A stretch of 64,000 nt of DNA. It comes from Trichoplax adhaerens (taxonomy: Eukaryota; Animalia; Placozoa). The notes beneath the pieces are model-generated. The model made no database searches and was not told where the DNA came from. It was given only the letters and a program-made list of their open reading frames with translations. Positions within the stretch are counted from its first letter, which is position 1. Each line of letters begins with the position of its first letter. Location of the stretch: positions 248,001 to 312,000 of the forward strand of contig NW_002060960.1 of assembly GCF_000150275.1 (NCBI RefSeq), given 5' to 3'. The translations under genes were made by a program, and so were the position numbers. Below are positions 48,741 through 64,000 of the stretch, piece by piece.

Positions 48741-50901
48741 TAGTAGAAGTAAACATGCTACCTGTAGTGTAATAATAGCTAAGTTTTAATACTAAAATAT
48801 ACTTTAAATATGTAGTGTACGAAGTGTTATATTACAGAAATAACCAATCTTGATATTTTTATATTAAGTTAGTATTGGAGACGATCTTTCGCACTTCAGA
48901 TAGTGAGCAATGATCGATGCATTTGTAATAGAAATAGCAAGAAATTGTAATTTTTAAAAGACTTTATTTTAGGATTATTATTTTCCATAGCCTAAATTTA
49001 AGCATTGGTGGCCATTATACAATGTTCGAAATTATACAACGTGTACATAGTATATCCTAACTATATGAAATATTAACGGTGGCCTTGATGACTGTATAAC
49101 GCTAAAATATCAGCATTTTTTATTATTTTAATCATTGTGAATAAAAACGTCGACTAGTTGATATTTTAAGTAAAATGTGTTTATTATCTTTCGTTGTATA
49201 AGAAGTTACAAAAGGTAAAGACCAGGTTAATTTATCATGGAAATCGCGATTCATTAACACTAAAAGTTGTACAGCGATCGCAGCCAATTTAACGGTAAAT
49301 GTGTAATAGATGTATCTCAGCGTATGAGAAATGAAGTTGTAATAAATTCATTCGTAGTAATTTTTAATTGCAGGAAGTTCTAGAAAAGTGATAATTACAC
49401 ATTAGCTGTCAGCCATTACAAAATCTTTTTCTATCAATCAATTACCTTTCCGCTTTTGCTTGCAATATTTTGATTAGGATTTCTTCAATTATAACAAGTG
49501 TCAGGCGACTAACCTAGCTAGGCTAAACTATAGGAAAATTATTATTTTAGAGAATTGAAAATCGATTTTAATAGTACCACTTATATTTCATCACTAGAAT
49601 TTTCCAATAATATTGTTATAATTTTTTTAACTGAATTAGTTATAATGGCTTTAAAACAGTAAGCAGGATTGGCCACGTTAGGAGACTTTTATTGTGTCCT
49701 CACTTTACAAGGTGATGACAAAGACAATCCCCCTTCATGTTTATTTATAAATCTCTATAGAATAGTTTAGGCTTGCATAATTAATTACTATATTATGCCA
49801 AAAGGATCCATAAGCTACAATTATTGGTTCAAGGCTAATTACGTAAAATACTTTATGTCAAAAGTCTCTTGTATTTATCTAGAATTATCAAATAGCCATA
49901 AGACATAATAACCTTATACCTTCTAGGCGTAATGCGTCATATTATGCCTCTTTAGTATAGATTGATATCTTAATACCGAGAAAATATTAAACAATTTCTA
50001 TGCTAAAACATTGTATTGCTGTGGTTTATTTTTGATAGACTAAACTTCCTACTTCTAGTTCCAACTTCTTATTACAATAGACCTTATCGGCGGCTATCGT
50101 AGATAGAAAATTCCCACCTTATTAATTAAACTTTTTTGACCCAGTGGGATGAGTTTTGATCGTTCTATCTAAACGGTTTAGTCAAGTGCTAACTAGAATT
50201 AAAGCAGCTGCGATTATTTTCATAATGGCTACAAGATCGTTGTACTTATAAGGATTTATAAGTATAAATACTTCCATCCTCCTTACAAAGTTGGTTTCGT
50301 CTTTTCAGCAGAGTAGATTACAGTTAATTCATAGGTTTGTTAATGTCAGTTAAGAAATGTACTGTAAATTTTCGTATATTACATCTACATAAACGTACAA
50401 GTTTAGATTAATTTAAGTGTAGCTTAATTAGGCATTACGAAGAAGAAATATTGCCCGTGTTGAAGTGTATTAATAATTCATAGACAGGATGTTTAATTCT
50501 CTCAGAATCTTTAAATGTAATGATTTTATTCTTTTTATTTATCTTCATGTTACTATTTTATCAGTAATGCTTGGTTCAGTAATTTTAATTACAATATAAT
50601 GATTTTTTTACACAATAATCGCAAGCGTACTATTTTTTACAGAAGCATGTAGGAAGGAGTAACGAAATTTTGTTGTTTATGATAGCACTTAGCTTTAGAA
50701 AAGCTTTAAAATGTTGATAAATCGAAAATTTGATTCCTAATTCTTCCAATATACTAGGGCATCCCTGATTAACATTTGACAAGCTCAAACCAGATTCTAC
50801 TTTATTTTCACTCGAGTAATGAAGCCGATAATTGTAAGAATCGGTGAACTATTTTTCAAAACTAAGATCTGCTAGATTCGAATAAGAATCATTTAGCTAA
50901 C

Positions 50902-53900
50902 ATGGCAGATAATCAGCCTATAATAGCTAGCTCTGAAGAATCATCATCACTGGTAGACAAACTTTATTCGCCTAGTAATGTCTATGATCTTGAAGATCCC
51001 ACTATTAAAATCAATATTCGAAAAAGCAATGATGATAAAGTTCCTCTAAGAACAAAATTGGTAGTTTTATGCATTCTACTAACGGAATTTAGCGATTCTA
51101 TAGCAATAAGTAGTGTAGCTGCCAATATAATATTATTTGCCAACACTCACCTAGGATTCACCAACCCGCAAGCGGTAACATTAAATTTTATCTTCACCGG
51201 TATTCGTTGTGCATTTCCGCTACTTGGTGGATGTGTTGCAGATGCTTTTCTTGGACAATATAACATGATGTATGCTGGCAGTTTAGCATACATTCTTGGT
51301 GTTATGGCTATATTTTCAGTCACTATCCCATTTAGTGATCCTTTTTCCAATGGTGCAAAAATAGCCTTTTATTTACTAGGCTTATTCTTAGTTGCTGCAG
51401 GCAGTGGAGGTAAAGATTATGCTCATAAAGATCTATATCAAGCAATTCTATAATAATTATCATTAGAGATTTTATTCCTTGAGCCTCATCTCTAGAATGT
51501 CGAGAAATGAACGCTACTAAAATTAAACAGCGGTGTTGTTAATAATATATGTACTCAAAGAGAAAGTCTGATTCTATATTAATTATGCCACAGCTGTAGA
51601 TTTGCAGCTATGGCTAATTGATCGACCAATTGCATTTAGTTTTATATCTTTCGTCACTTAAATATCATATCTAGACACATTTGTAATGAAATTTTAAATA
51701 ATTAGGGTCATCGATTTCGGCTAAATTAATACTTATAGCTTGCATCTTACAACTATATTTTGAAGTATGAACTTGCTAACTCTTACTAATTTAATTTAAA
51801 ACTTTACGTAAGTTATGTTCTAACATTTACTCTTTATGAGTAAAATTTTTACTGGCTACTGTATGCTTCCTAGTACTTATAGTATTAGATTCGTAACGGT
51901 ATTCATATCTCATTGGTTACAATTTTGCTACATACTGGTAGTGCAATATAGGCTTATTATTATCATATAAGTATCCTTTATTTCTTAGCATTGATTAATT
52001 AATTTAGGATATTATAATAGGCGATATAAATTAAGGATGGTAACTATACCCACAAAGCTGTTGTACTGCTTACTAAATCTGAAATTTGAATCTGGTTGTG
52101 ATTTATTGAATAGGAGTTAAATCAATTATAAGCCCATTTGGTGCAAGACAATTGGAAAATTGCAATCCTATCTATATTCAGCGATTTTTTGCTTGGTATT
52201 ACTTTTTTACCAACGTTGGGGCACTCATTTCCTTTACAGTAGTAGCTTATGTCCAGCAAAATGTAAGTTTTTTCTATGGATATATGATTCCTGCTATTGC
52301 TCTTGTAATGGGTACTACTATATTCGCCTTGCCTCGAAACTATTATCGAAATTCTTATCCAAGTAAGCGCCTGTTGTCTAGTTCGAGATAAATTACCTTG
52401 TCTTGAAATATTTAAAGTGTAGTTGGCTCAATTGGATTAACTGGCATGTTGTAATTTGCTTTCTCTTTCGCATTGCAACAATTTGATATTTGTAGCCAAA
52501 GTACAGTACTGCAATGTAATAGACTGCTATTGCTCTTACCTATTAGGTTAATCATAAAATGAATTTCGGAAATAACTCTACAAGTATGTTAAATTAAATT
52601 TATAGAGGGTTCGTTATTGGGAGATATCATTGGAATTACTTATCAAAGTTTCAAATCAAAATTTGGCTGCAAAACAGTGTTGGTTGACACAAATAATATA
52701 AAAAGTTTTTTTGACTACGCTAAAAAAGAAAATGGAGGGAAATTTGACGCTAGCATAGTAGAAAAAATAAAGCCTCTAGGACGCGTTGTACCTATCTTTT
52801 TACTAATCGTCTTATTTAGAATGATTTACTTCCAGGTAGAAATCCTAATATTACTTTCGGGTCTATTTGTGTTCATGTATTCTTTATTTGATTGGATCTA
52901 TATTTAAATTGATAGGACTTTCTTAACAACTACCGTGTAGCGTAATGTGATTTGATGCATACCATTTACTAAATGTTACTGTTGACCTTAACAACCAAAA
53001 GATGATAACGACATGGTTTTTGCAAGGGGAATCTATGAATTTATATTTAGGCAAGCTTAAATTACCGGCGGCAGCGTTGACAACATTTGATATTATCGCT
53101 GTGTTGATTTTCATACCTGTTGTCAATTATGGTGTGTATCCTCTATATCAAAGAATTTTCGGCGTAGCCATTACCGCTACAGAGAATTGGTTAGAAATTA
53201 TCTTGCTAATAATCTTTTTTATAGAATTGGCGTACCTATTTTGTCAAAGTAAACAGATATGTATAAACGTGTATTACATCATTAATAGGGACCGGCATGG
53301 TATTTGCTTCTCTTGCAATGGTAGTGTCTCGAATTGTTGAGCGATACAGACTTATAGATGTTCATGAAAATCCTCTTCCTCAGATTATATCGGGCAAAGT
53401 TTTCAATGCATCTGCCAATATTAGCATTCTAGCTCAAATACCGCAATTTGCGTTGATTGGATTAGGAGAAACTTTCACAAGTGTAACAGGTAGCGAAGAT
53501 GCTTTATACATTTATTTTAGGCTCCTCTGCGATTGCATATGTACGGGTACAATATTTACTTATACCGTTTATATTTACCGTCATTTAATTTTGGCTGTAT
53601 CAGGATTTGAATTTGCATATTCTGAAGCGCCAGAGGAGCTAAAAGGGATTATGACAGGACTCTACCTTTTGGCCATCGGTTTAGGTGGTTTTATAGGTCC
53701 TCTCGTGATTACGATAATTAATGCTATAACCTACGATCCTAAAGTTGTAAATTCCAAGTGGATTCCTAAAAATACTAATAATGGTCACCTTGATTATTAT
53801 TTTTATTTTTTAGCAGGTATTTCGTATAGTAGCGTCTTAATAAAATAATAAAATTTGGTTTTAAACATTGGTTAGGGTTAGATAGCGTTTGGATTGGTAT

Positions 53901-54221
53901 TTTAGTAAATATATGACAAGATAATCGGATACTTTATAAATGTGTAGAATTAGAAGAAGTCGATAAGTTCAATTGTAGTGTTTTCATTGGCCACCTGGAA
54001 CTGTTACACTAATTTGAATACTAATCATAATCTGTCAAATCAATTTTTTGTACTATACAGTCTTTATGTTGGTGAATTTTTTGGTGTACGTTATTATGAC
54101 AAAGTTTTGGTATAAAAATGAAAGCTTTCCAGAAAATTGTGATCCGCGCACTAGTGGAAGACCGCCGGAAACTAATTTGCACAGCCTAGATAAAGAATCA
54201 GACTTTAATGTAGATATTTAA
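50902..54221 (+). pseudogene. Second tandem SLC15/POT paralog with a 2-nt frameshift in exon 4
   Basis: Exons 50902-51409, 52114-52362, 52606-52835, 53002-53189, 53289-53489, 53604-53816, 54061-54221. Exons 2, 3, 5, 6 and 7 equal paralog 1 in size; exon 4 is 188 vs 190 nt. ATT A--CCG CTA CAG AGA ATT G would restore I.PLQRIG. As it stands, translation stops at 53340. Could be an assembly error. Confidence 0.75.
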
Positions 54222-54417
54222 TATGACTACGAAATACATAGCCTCTATTAATAATGAATCTTGAAATTTTTTTTATTTCATACTGACAAGTATCATATCT
54301 AATGTATGCTTCATATTGAATGTTTTATTGACTAAATTCATTGCAAGATTTTATGGATTAGATCTGATTTTAAAATTCTTGTAAAGGAATCTCTTCATCA
54401 GATATTAATTGATGATA

Positions 54418-54790
54418 CGATGAGAGAAATTAGCATTGAGTTTCTGGGTTTGCTTTTGATATTCACAATAGTTCAATTTTAACAGTTATGAATTACGATA
54501 TGATCTGTTATTCAATACAAGTGCAGTAGGAATCAGGACTATCGTACAGTAGTACTGATTCACCACTCCATTGCAATTGTAATCTCGTGACAAAATATTT
54601 TATACAATGAGAGAAATTAGCATTGAGTTTCTGAGTTTGCATTGGATATTCACGATAGTACAATTTTAACAGTTATGAATTACGATATGATCTGTTATTC
54701 AATACAAGTACTCTAGGTACAGATTACCGTACAGTAACACTGATTCACCACTCCATTGCATGTGCAATCTCGTGACAAAATATTTTATGC
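54418..54790. repeat. Direct tandem duplication, 2 x ~187 bp
   Basis: ATGAGAGAAATTAGCATTGAGTTTCTG...CTCGTGACAAAATATTTTAT occurs twice. Confidence 0.9.
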
Positions 54791-56614
54791 GTTTAGACTG
54801 ATACCAATTGCAATGACATGAAGAAGTAAAGTATTACAACTCACTACTGGTTGTTTTGTCTTGACTATTTCTTTTAAATTTACTCTGATTCTTGTCATTG
54901 CAATAATACAGTATTACATGCTACAGGAGTTAAACGTTAACTATTCTATCTTGCAACGTGTATTTCGTAACTGCAATCTGGTTGATTTATTTAAGTTTTA
55001 GATTATTCAATAGCGCGAGGAAACCGCGCATTCACATCTAGCTAGTGCTAAACATTTATGCAAATAATATGCAAATGATATTAGTTTGCTTTAACTGGAT
55101 TATAAGGATTTCGAGCAAGTTAAGAATGCCTTGAATCACTTAAATTCATCCATGTGTAATTTGTTACACCTTTTGTTTGTCTGCCAATTGAGATTGCGTT
55201 TTTTAAATGACTCTATTCCGGAATGTAGCTGTGTAATGTAAATATACATAAATATCATTTTACTATTTGCTGATAAAATGAAAATATGCGTATGTCAAGT
55301 ACCTGGATGAGAGCTAACATCGAATTTCGAATTGCATGCTAGGTAAAGATTTCTGCACGTAGGTGCATTTTATAGCGTGGATTTACAACGTATAGCTATA
55401 CTCATTACTTTCTAGTAGGTGATTATTCTGATTTAAGGATACCATTACGAGGTATTGAAAGTCATGTTTTTCAAACTTTCCTATCATGTATTTTTGAACG
55501 TTAAAAATTAGATTGGTAAATAAAGTTTTATTTGGATCGCTTTGGCATGTTTACAGTACTTGTATTTGTTATTCTCTATCATCAGTGGATTTTCGATGGA
55601 TTTCGTAGGAGGAACTAGTGATCGTTAAGCATATCGACGGATTGATCTAAGAATACTTTCTAGCATGGAAGAAGATTTGCACTACAAGTCGTGCCGCATA
55701 AAAGGGAAAATTGATTGATATTCTGTATCCATTTTACGAGTATTGGTTGTAAAATGATTGCCTATTAATGCGTGATCAAACCTGCACTATTAATCGATGG
55801 AGAGCATTCAATATTAGCTCGTGCAAGCATAAGCAACTGTTTTCACTTGTTTCATGAATGCTGAGTCATGTCAATAAAGTATTGCAATTTATGTATAAAT
55901 TCATCGTTGTAAACAAAATTCAATACGGCATTGATTGTTTGATCATGGCGGTATTTTTAGGGTATCTCTACCTCAGTATCTTCTCGCGATATTCGTATTT
56001 AGATCTGTTTATGTTCTAAACTTGTTTGCACTAGTCCAGTTTTGGTGTAGCCTAGAACTTGTACGATGCTGGTGTCCCCCATTTCTTTATTGTGAGCAGT
56101 GAACTCCTCTAGTAACTAATATCCTAATCCACACGGGGTACGAATACCGTAGGATAAAATCGCTCCAGTACGAATATTCATAGCCTATCTGTCTTGATCT
56201 ATACCACTACCTACAGTACATCAGCATATACATCTGCTTTTAAAAGCATTCTTGATCTACTCTTTCTCAGATGACATATCTCTCTCCTAGCAGCAACACC
56301 TGCTAATGTGTATTGGTGATGATTTAGTAAATCTACTTTTATCCTCTTGGTCAATCTACTGACATCCTTTCGACATGACTAAACTAAACTAAATAAATAA
56401 CATTACAGATGGAAAGGACGTACGTTACCGTAGCCTGCTGTACAGTGTACAGTACATTTGGTATACAGTACAATGTACCGTGTCAGGTTCACACTGTACA
56501 GTATACAGTACTGTACTGTACTGTCGATACAATGTTGGCGTCACCCCTGACCTTGTTATTGTTGTGTTGTCATTTACTTTGTAGGGTCACCTACGATAGG
56601 ATTGATACGCCTAC

Positions 56615-56935
56615 TACGATCGTCATCGTCTATTGTATGCAATTCCATTTGGGTTAGCGATTGCGTGCAGACTGGACGAAGTAGAAGTTCAAGCGCTAGT
56701 CTACTTTGATCGTCATCGTCTAGTCTATGCAGTTCAATTTGTGTGCAGACTGGTCGAAGTAGAAGTGCTAGTCTACTTTGATCGTCATTTGGTCTAGCGA
56801 TTGTGTGCTCACTGGACGTAGTATCACTTCAAGCGCTAGCTTGCTAAGATCGCCATCGTCTACTGTATGCAACTCCATTTGCTCTAGCGATTGTGCGCAT
56901 ACTGGACGTAGTATAACTTCAAGTGCTAGTCAGCT
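56615..56935. repeat. Degenerate ~90-bp tandem repeat (~4 units, two internally deleted)
   Basis: GATCGTCATCGTCTA...GCGATTGTG...ACTGGACGTAGTA...TTCAAGCGCTAG recurs. Minus strand reads LALEVILRPVCAQSLEQMELHTVDDGDLSK-like units with stops. Confidence 0.7.
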
Positions 56936-59354
56936 TATCTTGTCATTGGCGTCGCTGTTCTGACGGTTGAAGCTAAGAAACAGTTGACGTTCTCCTGTTG
57001 TCCTGGTTGCACTGCTGCTGGACGTCCATCCAACATGGAAAAGAGCGAATTTGGCGTTCGGCATTTTTGCCAACCCTTGTCGCCATTTTGGGTAAGTTTG
57101 AACGTATAGGATAAATTGGATATTTGATCGAGTGATGATTGATTGCTGCTGCTTGAAGGATGGATCTCACGCTGTTTCGTTGATTGTATCTGCTGGAAAA
57201 TTGCATCCGCTACAGAATGATAGTAATTGGACAACTTACTACCCATGTCGAACGACGTTGATTTCATGGAACTTGAAATGAGACATAGATTGAATGCCTC
57301 TCTAGCTCTTGATACTGTATCTTGTTGGTCTTTTTTTTAAAATGGCCACAATTCTTGTACTCTGATTGCTTGACGATCGTAGCAAGAGAGAGAAGAGAAG
57401 GAGGAGACCATCCAAATTCATTTTTTCAATATGTGACTATGCGTCCATCTAGGTAGGGAACTTGGACATAGCACGGTAGAATAGCACATCAATCGACGAG
57501 GCATTACTTAATTTCGCTCGCATACGCCTCACAAGAGGGTTGTCCATGTTGACATCTTGTTGAGATTATGGCGTATCCATTCTTGCATCGACTACCTAAG
57601 TGCAGACTAAACCTGCTAGAGGTAAAGCGTTGCATCCAACATCAATTTTACCTCCTCATCATTGCTGATACCTTGCCAATGAATCATGCAAAGGATGCAA
57701 TCATACAAGTAGGCAGTACACTGATGATATACAGTAGAAAGGCGACATACTAGACAGGATTCTGTAGGGATTCATCGGCTTTACCCATTCCATGACAGAT
57801 TGGATTAGAGAAGGATTGTTTGGATGATACCCAGTGGTGCTGGACTTCCTTTTATGCCACCAATGGGTAGCTATAGAAGAGCAATCATTCTAGCGACATG
57901 AATGCCAATCCAGCCTGGTTTGCTATTCAACTGTACAGTACAAAAATGGATGAGTAACTTAGTTTATGCTGACAATCATCTAGAATGCAATCAAAACAAA
58001 ATTATCAACCCCTTTCCTTGATGTTCGTAGCGCTGCTAATCAACGCTATCCATGCACGCGTCTATTCAATAGTGCACATTTTACAATCGCTTTCTACTAC
58101 ATCATCGTTAGACTGTATTCAGCGCCGAGTGGGCTATGTGCCTAATCGATTGACGATACTCAAACGCAACATACGGAACTATTGCTGGACTTGTAGTGGT
58201 TATGAATTTCTATCCATGAGAATGGATGCTGATTTCTGAATACACAAAGGCCGCCAGACGACGTCCAGCATTTTAGGCATCGGTAGATTCCCTTATGTTT
58301 TTGCCCTACCATCGTGTTTTAACTAGCATGTCTGACGCCTCAAAGCAACGGCGTCATGACTGTAAAATAAATCGAAATTCAGAATGATCGATAAGTACAT
58401 GATTTAATCACATAACATGATTACGAGTGAACTATAGTCATCAAGATAATATGATTTTGCTAATTAATTTATGAGGATATATAAATATTGGATTGCGATT
58501 GGGGCACAGTTGGATTGCATAGCATGTTGGCTTGCTATTTACGTATGGCATTGTTGAATGGTGGTAGCGTATGCATATTATTTTTGATACTACTGGACTG
58601 CCACAAGAAATAGTCCCGGTTGGAAATGAAATTATTCTGTACACTAAATCATTATAAATCACGTTCCTGTACTGTTGCTTAGTTAACTCGGATCAAAATG
58701 GAGCAAATGTATATCGATGTTAATCAGTTGTTGGATATCAATAATAAATGAGCTACGCCTGTTTTAGTAATTATCCCCCTTGTAGGACCTTACCCCCGAC
58801 GCATGAGGCAGAATAAAAATGCGAGTACATAAAGCTTGAGTCCACCAAAGTAATATAATTGCACTGTAAAGTACTACACATGGAACCGGGACCGTTTCAG
58901 ATCTGGCGGAAATGTTGTACAACTATCTCACTCTTTATGCTGTCTTTATTTATTTATTTATTTGATTAAACTATTCCTAAGTATACAGCATGTACTATAC
59001 AAGTACAGTATACAATACGTACCATCTTCTCAAGCCAAGAACTAAATATATGTTATGCTTAGATGGTCATTCATGCAATGCGAGTCAATGGATAAACGGT
59101 TATTGACGGTACTACCAATTTGCTCCGAAACTATTAATATCAACTTTAAAATCAGTTTCAAAGGCGGATTGGATCATCAGATAGGATGGACAGATTTAAA
59201 TGAATTGATTAGTTAATAAACCTTATTTGCTTACAATTATCTATACTCCCCGAAATACATACTGAAGCAATACTATACCCAACTTGTAATGTATCACTAT
59301 TTGATTAATGAAGGCACATCAAATAAACCGTTACTGAAATAATTAAACCGCTAC

Positions 59355-59675
59355 TAGATAATGATTGGCAGTGTTTCTTTAATTTAGTCATTTTCCCCGC
59401 TATCCTTTGATCGAACGAAAGAATAACGTTACTTCTGAGATAGCGATTATCTATTGCATAGTATTTTATGTTACTGCAAGTTTATTACCTGTAAAAAACT
59501 TGTGAATATATTCGTAGATAAATGATTGGTAGTGCTTCTTTAATTGAATCATTTTCCCCGCTATCTTCTGATCGAAAGAAAGAGTAACGTTACTTCTGAG
59601 ATAGCGATTATCTATTGCATAGTATTGTAGGCTACTGCATCTTTATTACCGGCAAGTAACTTGTGAATATAATCG
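59355..59675. repeat. Direct tandem duplication, 2 x ~160 bp
   Basis: TAGATAATGATTGG...CATTTTCCCCGCTATC...GAGATAGCGATTATCTATTGCATAG...AACTTGTGAATAT occurs twice. Confidence 0.85.
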
Positions 59676-60308
59676 TAATGGTGATCAATTTTAGAAGATA
59701 GACTGTATGATATTGTATTAGTTACTGTTCTTTCTTACTTGCTTATTAGTGTGCATCAATACTGACGATAATCACAAAACTAAAAAAAATTTCTGACGTA
59801 TAATTAAGTGAATATGTATTGCTATTGCTTTTCATACATTTTGTTATTGCCATAATATTAAATTGGTGCGCTGATAGGATATGACCAACTCGCTACGCTC
59901 AGATCAGTAATGATCTAAGTTTAAATTCTTTATTGTTTGAAGTATAATATTATAATGATGGGAGCCAATTCATTTTGGTAGAGTTTAATATGTATTATTA
60001 TAGAGAAACCTAAATTTATTTAAACCAAGATAACCAATCAAGTATTTACACCGTATTATTTTAGATATGCATAGTAGTATGTTCTAAATTTATGATATAC
60101 ATTTTAGTACTTTGAAAGTTGATATTGGCTGCATGCGCGCACATCAAATCCACAAATTATGATTTATGAATTCATGATAGCATAGATACAACATAAAATA
60201 GATAATGGCAATGTTAATGAAATTGAATCATTATATTTAATTATTATTGCTAACGAAAACTCACAAAAACAATAATGCGAACCTACTATATTCTTATGTA
60301 CAATCTAG

Positions 60309-63944
<3,636 letters not shown>

Positions 63945-64000
63945 TAACTAGTTCATAGTCGTTCCTATAGCATTCCTTTTCAAATCATTCTATTTCAAAT

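Noticed and set aside
53870-53881. GGTTAGGGTTAG, telomeric repeat or telomerase-template-like
   Set aside because: Only two units, inside an AT-rich intron with no surrounding structure; compatible with chance.

Overview
AT-rich, intron-containing animal genomic DNA with short GT-AG introns and compact genes. The style and gene content suggest a placozoan (Trichoplax-like) genome, but this is inference only. Left half (1-32 kb) is an accessory, immune-flavoured region: a minus-strand Apaf-1/CED-4-like NB-ARC gene running off the left edge, an intronless 381-aa ORF with a phage tail-collar/gp10-gp12-type domain fused to a coiled coil (horizontal-transfer candidate), a small secreted prepropeptide ORF, a MADF-BESS transcription factor, and an ~8-kb tandem segmental duplication. 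Each duplicated unit carries an intact 3-coding-exon gene (275 and 292 aa). By manual alignment and intron phase these look like leaderless interleukin-1-family beta-trefoil proteins flanked by conserved caspase-type DxxD sites, which is the most striking signal in the window. Right half holds mostly conserved genes: SPOP (MATH-BTB), a myosin essential light chain, two tandem SLC15/POT transporters (the second frameshifted) and the 5' part of an ABCC1/MRP1-like gene. It also contains a GC-rich self-complementary island (candidate ncRNA), TACAG/CTGTA arrays near promoters and a 19 x 24-bp minisatellite. All exon structures were assembled by hand from splice signals and phase consistency. All homology calls come from motif recognition; no database searches were run.
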